In this document: positions 20,186 through 29,388 of the stretch, piece after piece | Layout of the letters: every line of letters starts with the position of its first letter | Numbering within the stretch: the stretch's first letter is position 1 | Virus record (IMG/VR): IMGVR_UViG_3300044630_006584 | Origin: a virus | Strand: one strand, 5' to 3' | DNA: 64,000 nucleotides | The notes under the pieces: model-generated | Told to the model about the DNA's origin: nothing | Databases searched by the model: none | What the model saw: the letters and a program-made list of their open reading frames with translations, nothing else | Position numbers and translations under genes: made by a program

Positions 20186-20362
20186 ATGGAAAAATTCGAA
20201 CAAATCAAAGCTCTTCTTGAAGGAGTACAAGGCGACATTGAAAAATTCTACAGCAAGGGGAATTCAAGCGCAGGAACAAGAGTTAGACAAGCCATGCAAG
20301 AGCTTAAGAAATTAGCTCAGGATTTGAGAGTGGATGTTCAAGATAAAAAGAACGCTGCTTAA
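20186..20362 (+). CDS. Histone H1-like nucleoid protein (Hc1 family, Bacteroidota type); absent from the ORF track (58 aa)
   Basis: Translated by hand: MEKFEQIKALLEGVQGDIEKFYSKGNSSAGTRVRQAMQELKKLAQDLRVDVQDKKNAA; the F..KGN..AGTR.R..MQ.LK..AQ..R pattern matches Hc1; has its own promoter-like site and terminator. Confidence 0.8.
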   Translation: MEKFEQIKALLEGVQGDIEKFYSKGNSSAGTRVRQAMQELKKLAQDLRVDVQDKKNAA

Positions 20363-20380
20363 TCTCTAGGACAAATTATT

Positions 20381-20409
20381 AAAAATGGGATCTTTAGGGT
20401 CCCATTTTT
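20381..20409 (+). terminator. Rho-independent terminator after the Hc1-like gene
   Basis: AAAAATGGGA...TCCCATTTTT inverted repeat. Confidence 0.75.
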
Positions 20410-20448
20410 ATTTAAAGTGAATATATAAACTATCTAAAACAAATTAAA

Positions 20449-20655
20449 ATGAGTTACTACTTAGCAAAAGTAAATTTTGAAACCGGTGAAGTTAGCAGAA
20501 AGGGTGAGCCGGTTGTTAGAAAATCTGAATTTTTAGTAGCAGCAGAATCCGTTATTGAAGCGGAGACTAAAGTTGCTGAATATATGAAAGGCACTATGAT
20601 GTCTTTTGAGACTGTGCAGATCGCAAAGACAAGGATCGAAGCAGTCGTAAATTAA
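20449..20655 (+). CDS. DUF4494-like small protein
   Basis: YYLAKV.FE.G......RKSEFLVAAESVIEAE pattern recalled from Bacteroidota DUF4494. Confidence 0.5.
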   Translation: MSYYLAKVNFETGEVSRKGEPVVRKSEFLVAAESVIEAETKVAEYMKGTMMSFETVQIAKTRIEAVVN

Positions 20656-20677
20656 AAAGAAGAATTGATTTAATTAA

Positions 20678-20905
20678 ATGGCTGAAACATCTTTTTATGC
20701 ACCCCCGCAATCACCTATTGCAATACAACCTGGTGACAAGGGATTCGAGACTGTTGGAAAGGGATACAATAGATTCCTCTGGACTTTTTCAGATTGGAAA
20801 AAGAAAAAGAAGAAGATAATAAATCCGGATACAAACTGGACCTTGTCTTCTAAACCAATCACTCAGAAGGAGTGGGAAAAGAAAAAGAAGGACTTATATT
20901 TATAA
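20678..20905 (+). CDS. Hypothetical protein
   Basis: 75 aa ORF with an A-rich upstream region. Confidence 0.55.
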   Translation: MAETSFYAPPQSPIAIQPGDKGFETVGKGYNRFLWTFSDWKKKKKKIINPDTNWTLSSKPITQKEWEKKKKDLYL

Positions 20906-20954
20906 GCCTTTCCTTTTTGATATATAGTCTACATCAAAGAAAAAATATTTAATT

Positions 20955-21365
20955 ATGCCTTCACAAAGTTCAGCACAACAGAGGCTTTTCGGACAAGCCT
21001 ATGGTATCAAGACAGGAGAGCTTAAGCCATCAGATCTAAATCCAAAGTACAAATCTGAAATTCTAGCACTATCTAAAAAGATGACCAAGAAACAGTTGGA
21101 CGATTTCGCATCTACCAAGACCAAGAAGCTTCCTCATTATGTAAAAGAGGACGAAGTTAACGAGAAAGGTGGATTAGCAGTTGGTGGTAAAACAACTGTT
21201 GTTCCTCTTGTTAATGTTACAGGTGCGGAAGAATATTCGCCAAGTGGTCCTGGTCCAATAGTTCCTTTTCTAAATACAGACGTTCAGAAGAAAAAGAAAG
21301 GTAAAAAGAATTTACAGAATCTAAAAGATTATAGAGACTGGGTAAATGAAAATAAGGATCTATAA
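20955..21365 (+). CDS. DUF3008-like protein
   Basis: MPSQSSAQQRLFG.A...K.G...MTKKQLDDFASTKTKKLP; GATATATA at 20919-20926. Confidence 0.6.
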   Translation: MPSQSSAQQRLFGQAYGIKTGELKPSDLNPKYKSEILALSKKMTKKQLDDFASTKTKKLPHYVKEDEVNEKGGLAVGGKTTVVPLVNVTGAEEYSPSGPGPIVPFLNTDVQKKKKGKKNLQNLKDYRDWVNENKDL

Positions 21366-21394
21366 ACACATAAAGGAAAATAACAATAAACAAA

Positions 21395-21808
21395 GTGAAA
21401 AACGTACTTTCTTTTTCAGATTACGATCCAGCGGATGAATACAAATCCGAATTAAGGAGGGAGCTAAACCTTAATTCTGCTAGAAGAAGCCCTGCTTACA
21501 AGGAGCTTCTTCGTATGGGATTTGAGGAGGTAACATCAGATCAACAGGAACTTAATAACACCTTGAAGTTTATTAGAACCAGAAGACATGCTAAGGACAA
21601 GGGTCACGATTTTCCTTTCTATACTATACATCCATCTGGGACTGTTAGAAGATACAATCCTCCGAAGTCAGCTGAGCAACCAGAGGGAAGCGGAAACGAC
21701 ATTAAAAATTTCCCAAAGCCTTTCATAAGAGGAAGAGATTATATAAAAGCTATTAAGTATCTAATAGGCTATCTAGAGAGAAAAGAAGAGAAAGGTGATT
21801 ATAAATAA
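21395..21808 (+). CDS. Hypothetical protein
   Basis: MKNVLSFSDY N-terminus of the recurring motif type. Confidence 0.55.
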   Translation: MKNVLSFSDYDPADEYKSELRRELNLNSARRSPAYKELLRMGFEEVTSDQQELNNTLKFIRTRRHAKDKGHDFPFYTIHPSGTVRRYNPPKSAEQPEGSGNDIKNFPKPFIRGRDYIKAIKYLIGYLERKEEKGDYK

Positions 21809-21886
21809 ATAGAGCGCAGCTGAACATCTTCCAAAATAATATGTTTGGTGGTTCTCAAGTGAGAATGATAAAGATAAAGAATAATT

Positions 21887-22114
21887 ATGTGCGATTGCGG
21901 TGCTCCGGATACTAACTACAGGGACTATAGAATAGGCCCAAAGAAGGAAAGCAAGATTCTAAATAAATGGATTCTGGATAATCACGGGAGAAAGCTTCTA
22001 ATAAACTCACCAATCTACGATACATATAATGATATCATAGGATATGTTACCAAGGACGAAACGGGAAACATAATAAGGATATTCAAAGGAAATATAAAAA
22101 ACATACTAAATTAA
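21887..22114 (+). CDS. Hypothetical protein
   Basis: 75 aa ORF coupled to the next gene. Confidence 0.5.
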   Translation: MCDCGAPDTNYRDYRIGPKKESKILNKWILDNHGRKLLINSPIYDTYNDIIGYVTKDETGNIIRIFKGNIKNILN

Positions 22115-22115
22115 A

Positions 22116-22562
22116 ATGTACTATCCAACAGGTAAAACAACAGAAGGCAGAGAATTGATCTGCATGAAAAAGAACGCTGATCTTGTTAATGAAAAATTAG
22201 GATCTTGCGATGAAGCTTGCATTATGGAATGCACAGACAATTGGCTGAATGAAAGCAACTCATGCGTTGCCTGTAATCAATTGAACGAATATCTAAACGA
22301 GTGTGGTTACTCTATGCAAGTAAACGAGGATGGTGGAATGGCAGCTCCTCTAGCATCTTTAGGTGCTACCCCAGGCATGGGAAATCCTGCTACACCGCAG
22401 AACGGTGGAACTAATGCTGGATTCTATAATCCTAGCTTATCTGGATCTGGTGATAAGTTTGACAGCCTAACTGTTGGAACACCTGCTGCCAATAAAAGAA
22501 AGAAGAGCCTAGTTAAGAAGTTTAGAGAATTTGTCAAACTTAAAGAGTCTAATAAGAGATAA
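22116..22562 (+). CDS. Hypothetical protein with repeated [LV]NE motifs
   Basis: LVNE, WLNE, QLNE, YLNE, QVNE; C-terminal VKKFREFVKLKE. Confidence 0.55.
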   Translation: MYYPTGKTTEGRELICMKKNADLVNEKLGSCDEACIMECTDNWLNESNSCVACNQLNEYLNECGYSMQVNEDGGMAAPLASLGATPGMGNPATPQNGGTNAGFYNPSLSGSGDKFDSLTVGTPAANKRKKSLVKKFREFVKLKESNKR

Positions 22563-22591
22563 TTTGTAATTTTTGACATATAAATAAAACG

Positions 22592-22618
22592 AAAAGGAGA
22601 CATTATGTCTCCTTTTTT
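22592..22618 (+). terminator. Rho-independent terminator
   Basis: AAAAGGAGACA-TTA-TGTCTCCTTTTTT. Confidence 0.75.
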
Positions 22619-22786
22619 CTTGCGGCAATCTTTTTGAAACATGGTTCTAAAAATTACAAAAATGAAAGATTTTAAACCTATATCATTAAAGATTGAAAAA
22701 ACAAGGGTGAAACATCCTCAGAGATCCGGCTCTATAAATCCGGAACTAAAAATAAAAGTTTTAAAAATAAAAAAGTAAAAAAAACT

Positions 22787-24670
22787 ATGGGAAAAGTAAT
22801 TGGAATTGACTTGGGAACAACAAACTCTTGTGTTTCGGTCATAGAAGCAGATCAGCCAGTTGTTATTGTTAATGCCGAGGGAAAGAGAACAACTCCAAGC
22901 GTTATCGGATTCAACGATGGTGAAATTAAAATCGGGGATCCAGCTAGGAGACAAGCTGTGACAAACCCTACGAACACATTGTACTCTGTTAAGAGATTCA
23001 TTGGATCTAACTTTGACGATGTGAAGAAAGAGGCTAAGAAAATGCCTTATGTGGTTAAAAAGGGCAGCGATAATAGAGTTATCGTGGAAGCTAATGGAAG
23101 AGATTATATCCCACAGGAGATCGCAGCTATGGTTCTTCAGAATCTTAAAAGAGTTGCAGAGGATTACCTCGGAAGCGAAGTAACAGAAGCGGTTATCACT
23201 GTGCCTGCTTATTTTAATGACGCACAGAGGCAAGCAACAAAAGAGGCAGGTGAGATTGCTGGTCTTAATGTATTGAGAATTATCAACGAGCCAACGGCTG
23301 CAGCACTAGCTTATGGACTTGATAAAATGGACAAAGATCAAAAGGTAGCGGTATATGACCTCGGCGGTGGTACATTTGACGTATCCATCTTGGAAATAGG
23401 ATCTGGCGTATTTGAAGTTCTTTCAACTAACGGTGACACACATCTTGGTGGTGACAACTTCGATGAGAAGATCATTGATTGGATTGTGGAAGAGTTCAAG
23501 TCGCAAACTGGAATAGATGCCTCTAAGGACCCAATGGCTTATCAACGTATTAGAGAAGCTGCTGAGAAGGCTAAAATCGAATTATCAAATTCATCAGAAA
23601 CAGAAATTAACCTACCTTATCTAAGCGCTCTTTCAGATGGGCCTAAGCACTTTGTAGGTAAACTTTCGAGAGCTAAATTTGAGCAAATGATTGATGATTT
23701 AATTCAGAAGACACTTGCTCCCTGTAGAAAAGCTATCAAAGATTCCAAACTTAAAGTTTCTGAAATAGATGAGATTCTATTGGTTGGTGGATCAACAAGA
23801 ATTCCTAAGGTTCAAGAGGAAGTAGAAAAGCTATTTGGTAAAAAGCCAAATAAGAGCGTAAATCCCGATGAGGTTGTTGCTATTGGAGCGGCAGTTCAGG
23901 GAGCAGTTTTAAAAGGAGACATCACGGACGTTCTTTTGCTTGATGTTACACCGCTTTCTTTAGGTATTGAAACAATGGGAGGTGTATTCACCAAATTGAT
24001 TGAAGCTAACTCAACTATCCCTATTAGAAAAAGCGAGTCATTCTCTACTGCCGTTGATAACCAGGCAAATGTGGAAATCCATGTTTTACAGGGTGAAAGA
24101 CCAATGGCTTCAGATAACAAGACTCTGGGAAGATTCATGCTAACTGATGTTCCGCCTGCTCCAAGAGGGATTCCTCAGATTGAAGTTACCTTTGATATTG
24201 ATGCTAACGGTATCATTAGCGTTTCTGCTAAGGATAAAGGAACAGGTAAAGAGCAGAACATCAAGATTGAATCTGGTAACAAGCTGTCAGATGATGAAAT
24301 CAAGAAGATGAAGGATGACGCTTTATCTAATGAGAAAGCAGACAAGGAAAGACTTAAGTTATCCCAGGCTAAAAATGAGTTGGATGGCTTAATTTTCCAA
24401 GCTGAAAAAATGATTAAAGATTTTGAAGAAAAGACATCTGAGGAGGAAAGAGCTAAGATTAATTCTATGATCGAGTCCGCTAAGGAGACCGTAAAAGGTG
24501 AGGATGCTGAAAAGATGGAATCTAGCACCAAGGATCTAGTCGAGGCACTCCAAGAAATCTCCACTAAAGTTTATGCTCAAGAGCAAGCTAACTCCGGCGA
24601 AGCTGGTGAAACAACTAGCTCAACAAGCACAGAAGCTGAAGAGGTTGAATTTGAGGAGGTTAAGGGATAA
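22787..24670 (+). CDS. dnaK: Hsp70 chaperone DnaK
   Basis: [50 protein letters not shown]. Confidence 0.97.
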   Translation: MGKVIGIDLGTTNSCVSVIEADQPVVIVNAEGKRTTPSVIGFNDGEIKIGDPARRQAVTNPTNTLYSVKRFIGSNFDDVKKEAKKMPYVVKKGSDNRVIVEANGRDYIPQEIAAMVLQNLKRVAEDYLGSEVTEAVITVPAYFNDAQRQATKEAGEIAGLNVLRIINEPTAAALAYGLDKMDKDQKVAVYDLGGGTFDVSILEIGSGVFEVLSTNGDTHLGGDNFDEKIIDWIVEEFKSQTGIDASKDPMAYQRIREAAEKAKIELSNSSETEINLPYLSALSDGPKHFVGKLSRAKFEQMIDDLIQKTLAPCRKAIKDSKLKVSEIDEILLVGGSTRIPKVQEEVEKLFGKKPNKSVNPDEVVAIGAAVQGAVLKGDITDVLLLDVTPLSLGIETMGGVFTKLIEANSTIPIRKSESFSTAVDNQANVEIHVLQGERPMASDNKTLGRFMLTDVPPAPRGIPQIEVTFDIDANGIISVSAKDKGTGKEQNIKIESGNKLSDDEIKKMKDDALSNEKADKERLKLSQAKNELDGLIFQAEKMIKDFEEKTSEEERAKINSMIESAKETVKGEDAEKMESSTKDLVEALQEISTKVYAQEQANSGEAGETTSSTSTEAEEVEFEEVKG

Positions 24671-24686
24671 CCCAATATTATCCTAG

Positions 24687-24712
24687 AAAAAGCCGGGTAA
24701 CCGGCTTTTTTT
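24687..24712 (+). terminator. Rho-independent terminator after dnaK
   Basis: AAAAAGCCGG-GTAA-CCGGCTTTTTTT. Confidence 0.85.
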
Positions 24713-24740
24713 GTGCGGATATGTTTTTTATATTTGTCAC

Positions 24741-25130
24741 ATGGCTAGAGAAATATTAATACAGGAAGAGTATCTGGACAATCCGTGGAGAATGATGGTC
24801 TGCTGTATATGTCTAAACCAAACAAACAATAAACAGGTTAGACCGATATTAGAATCCCTATTTTCCATAATACCTGATCAGGTATCTGCTATTTCCTGTG
24901 AGAAGGAAAGAATTTCAGAATGTCTAAAGTCTACTGGATTCCAAAACGTAAAAGCGGATAGAATAAAAAAGATGAGTCAAAAGTGGATAGAAGGGTTCGA
25001 GAATCCTTCAGAGTTACCAGGGATAGGTAAATACGGTCAGGACTCCTGGGATATCTTCATAAATGGAAATACGGAAAGAGAAACCTCTGATAAAAAATTA
25101 ATAACCTATCTGTCCTTTTTTAGAAGATAA
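24741..25130 (+). CDS. HhH-GPD DNA glycosylase, MBD4-like
   Basis: PWRMMVCCICLNQT, LKSTGFQNVKA, ELPGIGKYGQDSWDIF; probable start ATG 24741. Confidence 0.8.
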   Translation: MAREILIQEEYLDNPWRMMVCCICLNQTNNKQVRPILESLFSIIPDQVSAISCEKERISECLKSTGFQNVKADRIKKMSQKWIEGFENPSELPGIGKYGQDSWDIFINGNTERETSDKKLITYLSFFRR

Positions 25131-25949
25131 AGCCAGAGCCAATCTGTTTAAAAGACCATCCATTCTCTCAAAAAATTCTCCCTCGTATTGCATTTCTAGA
25201 TTTGCTTCGTAATAGGGAATTCCTTTGTTTATATAGAAAGCTTCTACAAGTTCATCTGGGCAATTTATGCCAGAGTATCTACATTGGTAGACTAGTGGCA
25301 TGATTGAATTTATCGGATCCCAGTTTGAATCACCTATCTCTATAGGGTCACTTGAGTAATCGTTTGCTCCATCGTCCCCGTGAATGTAAAAAGCTGCGGT
25401 TTTTCCTTCTAGGTGATTCTTGAGGAGATTATCATATTCTCCTGATAATTCAGTCGGTCCGGTGATCTCAGAATTTTTAATATTACCCTCGCCCATTATT
25501 TCTATGGCTTCTTCCCTGGTTAGCGTTAGATTAGCGCAAACCAATCTATCAAACATTGCTTTAACCTGGGTAGAAACCGAATACCAGTTTATAGGACTAA
25601 CCACAAGGAAAGCGTCACACTCTTCCAGTTTATCGTAAATCTCCGCTTCATACATCAAGTCCTTTTTTTCCATGTCTTTTCCATAACATGTACATTTCCA
25701 ATGACAATGAAATCCACCCGAAGTAGAAACGCATCCTTTACATGGACTTATCGTTACATCCCCGATTGATAGGTCTATTACCTCTATATCGTAAACACTA
25801 GACCAGTACTCAAATATGTAGTTGATCAATTTTTTAGATTTAGGTGTTTGGTTTGAGCAGGACTTTAGTTTTCTTGGCGAGCCCTGAAACACCAGAAGTT
25901 TAGGTTTGCTATATGTTCTAAATTCTTGAAATTCCCTTAGATTTTCCAT
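25098..25949 (-). CDS. NAD(P)H-dependent FMN reductase / flavodoxin-like protein with Cys cluster
   Basis: FQGSPRK, PCKGCVS...CHWKCTC, CDAFLVVSPINWYSVSTQVKAMFDRL. Confidence 0.8.
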   Translation of the reverse strand: MENLREFQEFRTYSKPKLLVFQGSPRKLKSCSNQTPKSKKLINYIFEYWSSVYDIEVIDLSIGDVTISPCKGCVSTSGGFHCHWKCTCYGKDMEKKDLMYEAEIYDKLEECDAFLVVSPINWYSVSTQVKAMFDRLVCANLTLTREEAIEIMGEGNIKNSEITGPTELSGEYDNLLKNHLEGKTAAFYIHGDDGANDYSSDPIEIGDSNWDPINSIMPLVYQCRYSGINCPDELVEAFYINKGIPYYEANLEMQYEGEFFERMDGLLNRLALALSSKKGQIGY

Positions 25950-25986
25950 ATTCTTTTTGTCGATCTATCGAAGCTGTATAAATTAC

Positions 25987-26286
25987 TTACTTCTTCTTAG
26001 CTGAATTGCTAAGAAATTCTTCTTTTAAATAATTAGTGATCTCTGTTGGTGATTTTCTCTTCTCTTTCACAATGCTAGTGAAATTTTCCGATTTGCCACA
26101 CTCATCTAGAAAATCACAGAAATAAGATCCCTCGTACATTGGGTCTAGTACCTGGGGAAGAGGCTGGTGGGCTGATTGGTAATTTCTAGAATTAACCCGC
26201 GTAACGTATGCATCACCCGGAACCTGAACCGTTCCCGGATCAAAATCTTCGTTTAGAAAATCGGTAAGGGACTTTATATTTTTCAT
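25987..26286 (-). CDS. Hypothetical protein with capsid-targeting-like N-terminus
   Basis: MKNIKSLTDFLNE; minus-strand GATATATA at 26310-26317. Confidence 0.6.
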   Translation of the reverse strand: MKNIKSLTDFLNEDFDPGTVQVPGDAYVTRVNSRNYQSAHQPLPQVLDPMYEGSYFCDFLDECGKSENFTSIVKEKRKSPTEITNYLKEEFLSNSAKKK

Positions 26287-26400
26287 TACGATGTAAGTTT
26301 TGTTGGATTTATATATCTGTGGAAAATTAAATAAAAAAGAAAGGGAATATTGGAAATAAATCGCATAACTTCAATACAATACTAACAAATCCAATAAAGC

Positions 26401-27819
26401 ATGATAGTAGATATAGAAAATAAAGGAACGTATCTGAACGTTTCTCATTTCAGTGACGAGGGCGATCTAGTTTTTTTGCACATTCCCGTTCCTGAGGAGG
26501 AGAGATTTGTTTGGTCAAAGTGCTATCCTAATGACAGAAAAAAAGACCCAGAATGGAAAGACTGGACGGGTGCACCAGTTAAAAAGGATCCTTCTGAGAG
26601 ATACGATAAGTATAGAATGGCTCAAATGCTGGAAGAGTCAGATCGCAGCATAACAGCACCACTTTGGGAGTATCAGACACCAAAGAAATACTTTCTCGAT
26701 ATCGAGGTTGAGATCACGGATGAGATGGCAGATGCGTTAGATACGGAGAACACAAAGAATAGAGTTTTATCAATCGGTATCGCAACAGACAAATGCAAGC
26801 TTATTGTTTTAGGTCTAGATCCTCTAACTCAAGAGCAACAGGTTTCCATTCATAATAAGCTGAATAGCTACTTCGAAAAAACCGGTGACGAGTGGAGCTT
26901 TAAATACAAGCAATTTGAAAGCGAGTATGATATGATGTATACTTTCTTTAAGGACATAGGATCGAAGATGCCATTCATTACAGGATGGAACTGGCTAGGG
27001 TATGACTGGCCGTATTTGATAAACCGTGCAAAGAAGCTGGGAATAGATCCCAAGATGATATCACCGTCACGTACTCTAATAGGAAAGAATCAGCTACCAC
27101 AACACATACTAATGGTCGATTACTTGGATATCTATAAAAAATGGGACCGTGTTATAAAGATCAAGGAAAGTAATAGGTTGGATTATGTTGCTGAAAAAGC
27201 TATAGGACTCAAGAAGATCTCATATAACGGAACTCTCCGTGATCTATATCAATCTAATTTTGAAGACTTTATCTACTATAACGCAGTCGATTGTGCTCTT
27301 GTTCATTATATAGATCAGAAGCTAAAGACCTTACAGACTTTCTTTAAGATAGCATTGGTAACAGGCGTAGAAATTAATAGAGCACTTTCCCCAGTTTGGT
27401 CAACAGAGAGCATGATGCTCAGAAAGTTCCTAGAAAGAAAACAGGTATTTGTTAACGAGAGGAAAGAAGAGCAGGCAGTTAAATTTGCAGGTGGATATGT
27501 TAAGGAGCCAATAGCGGGATTGCACGAATGGATAGCTTGTTATGACTTTGCCTCCCTGTACCCAAATACAATTGTTCAATGGGGTATATCCCCTGAAGTC
27601 TATAAAGGGAAGAGCATATTAACTCCAAAGGAAAGTTGGGTTAAAACATCATCTGGTGCGTACTTCGGAGGAGAAGACGAAGAGCCTATACTAAGAGGCA
27701 TAGTTAGCGATCTTTATGCAAAAAGAAGAGCTACAAAGAACAAAATGTTAGCTTTACAGATCGAAATCGATAGACTTGAAAAATTACTAAAAAAAGAATC
27801 AGAAAATTCCCCTAAATAG
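26401..27819 (+). CDS. gp43: Family B DNA polymerase, N-terminal half (3'-5' exonuclease + motif A)
   Basis: ExoI FLDIEV, ExoII TGWNWLGYDWPYL, ExoIII YNAVD, GGYVKEP, YDFASLYP; ends in the first fingers helix. Confidence 0.9.
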   Translation: MIVDIENKGTYLNVSHFSDEGDLVFLHIPVPEEERFVWSKCYPNDRKKDPEWKDWTGAPVKKDPSERYDKYRMAQMLEESDRSITAPLWEYQTPKKYFLDIEVEITDEMADALDTENTKNRVLSIGIATDKCKLIVLGLDPLTQEQQVSIHNKLNSYFEKTGDEWSFKYKQFESEYDMMYTFFKDIGSKMPFITGWNWLGYDWPYLINRAKKLGIDPKMISPSRTLIGKNQLPQHILMVDYLDIYKKWDRVIKIKESNRLDYVAEKAIGLKKISYNGTLRDLYQSNFEDFIYYNAVDCALVHYIDQKLKTLQTFFKIALVTGVEINRALSPVWSTESMMLRKFLERKQVFVNERKEEQAVKFAGGYVKEPIAGLHEWIACYDFASLYPNTIVQWGISPEVYKGKSILTPKESWVKTSSGAYFGGEDEEPILRGIVSDLYAKRRATKNKMLALQIEIDRLEKLLKKESENSPK

Positions 27820-27901
27820 GGGGACCAAGACTAGCCAGGGTGATATATAAAAAACCCCGGTGGGAGTCAAACCTTAATTTAAACTATTAAAAACGAAGAA
27901 A

Positions 27902-28366
27902 ATGGCTAACACAGACAACAAATGTGCTGATCTAGAAGTTCAGGACTATTACAAAGGAACAGAGGACACACTGGGACTAATCTACAACAAACAGAAGGAG
28001 CTTCAAGCTAGATATGGGTTCGATTTTACGGATTGGACACTAAAGCAAATTGCTGACTTTTGGATGGTAAACAAACACGCCCTAGCCGACGAACTTAATG
28101 AGATGTTCGATGCACTCGGCGGTGTTAATGATGGTATAGGCTCTGCCGCATGGAAGTATTGGAAAAAAGACAATGCTAAAGCCGCAGACATGAAAATTTC
28201 AGACCTATCAGAATCTGATAAGTTGGAGCTTTATTACGAGTGGATCGACGGTCTCCACTTTTTTATGAATTTTGGTATTTCCATGGGAATGACAAGCGAG
28301 GATATCGTGAATCTCTATATGGCAAAGCAAAAAGAAAATCACGACCGTCAAGATAGAGGTTACTAA
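27902..28366 (+). CDS. gp56: dCTPase/dUTPase, T4 gp56-like (all-alpha)
   Basis: [38 protein letters not shown] and [26 protein letters not shown] parallel T4 gp56 as recalled. Confidence 0.8.
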   Translation: MANTDNKCADLEVQDYYKGTEDTLGLIYNKQKELQARYGFDFTDWTLKQIADFWMVNKHALADELNEMFDALGGVNDGIGSAAWKYWKKDNAKAADMKISDLSESDKLELYYEWIDGLHFFMNFGISMGMTSEDIVNLYMAKQKENHDRQDRGY

Positions 28367-28380
28367 AAAAAATTAATTTA

Positions 28381-29370
28381 ATGGAAAATTCAATATATTC
28401 CTATGGGGAAAAGATCCTCCAGGAGAACCCGAATAGGTTCGTTATATTCCCTATAGAGCATCCGGATTTATGGGATCTTTATAAAAAGCAGCAGGCTTGC
28501 ATATGGACTGCGGAAGAGATAGATCTATCCCAGGATTTAAACGACTGGAGGAATGTTCTTAATGACGATGAGAAATATTTTGTTAAGAATATCTTAGCTT
28601 TCTTCGCTGCCTCAGATGGAATAGTGAATGAAAATCTAGCGGAGAACTTCGTTAAGGAGGTTCAGTACTCCGAAGCCAAGTTCTTCTATGGGTTTCAGAT
28701 CATGATGGAGAATATCCACAGCGAGACTTACTCCTTGCTGATTGATACCTATATACAGGAACAGGAAGAAAAAAATATGCTTTTTAAAGCTATTGATACA
28801 ATCCCAGCTGTTAAGAAAAAAGCAGAATGGGCTCTAAAGTGGATTCAGTCCCCTCATTTCCAAGAGAGACTTATCGCTTTTGCAGCTGTAGAAGGAATCT
28901 TCTTCTCCGGTTCTTTTTGCTCTATTTTCTGGTTAAAGAAAAGAGGGTTAATGCCAGGTCTTTCATTCTCTAATGAGTTAATCTCAAGAGATGAGGGAAT
29001 GCATTGCGATTTTGCTGTACATTTGCACAACAATCACATTATCAATAAAGTTTCTCCAGATAGAATAAAAGAGATTCTCACCAGCGCTTTGGAAATTGAG
29101 AAGGAATTCATAACGGAGTCACTTCCAGTTAGACTAATTGGTATGAACTCCGAATTGATGATCCAGTATCTTGAATTTGTGACTGATAGATTATTAGTAG
29201 ACCTCGGCTGCTCGAGAGTTTATAATTCTGAAAATCCATTCGATTTTATGGCTAATATAGCATTACAGGGAAAGACTAACTTTTTTGAAAAGAGGGTGGG
29301 CGAATATCAGAAAGCGGGTATTATGAATAAAAATGAAGACGACCCATTTGGGTTCGATACAGATTTCTAA
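28381..29370 (+). CDS. nrdB: Class Ia ribonucleotide reductase small subunit
   Basis: [50 protein letters not shown]. Confidence 0.95.
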   Translation: MENSIYSYGEKILQENPNRFVIFPIEHPDLWDLYKKQQACIWTAEEIDLSQDLNDWRNVLNDDEKYFVKNILAFFAASDGIVNENLAENFVKEVQYSEAKFFYGFQIMMENIHSETYSLLIDTYIQEQEEKNMLFKAIDTIPAVKKKAEWALKWIQSPHFQERLIAFAAVEGIFFSGSFCSIFWLKKRGLMPGLSFSNELISRDEGMHCDFAVHLHNNHIINKVSPDRIKEILTSALEIEKEFITESLPVRLIGMNSELMIQYLEFVTDRLLVDLGCSRVYNSENPFDFMANIALQGKTNFFEKRVGEYQKAGIMNKNEDDPFGFDTDF

Positions 29371-29388
29371 AAATAAGTTAAATAAAAT

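Noticed and set aside
22662-22778. 38 aa ORF upstream of dnaK, and a 30 aa ORF near 62286-62378
   Set aside because: Too short with no recognisable motif; the first overlaps a promoter-like site, so coding status cannot be supported
22718-24564. Several minus-strand ORFs opposite dnaK (and similar shadows opposite nrdA, uvsW, rimK and the kinases)
   Set aside because: Antisense shadow frames of highly conserved genes, with no independent motifs or start context
27780-27900. Split intein or trans-splicing group I/II intron joining the two polymerase halves
   Set aside because: No Cys/Ser block A at the N-half end, no His-Asn before the C-half, and the roughly 80 nt spacer is too short for intron domains
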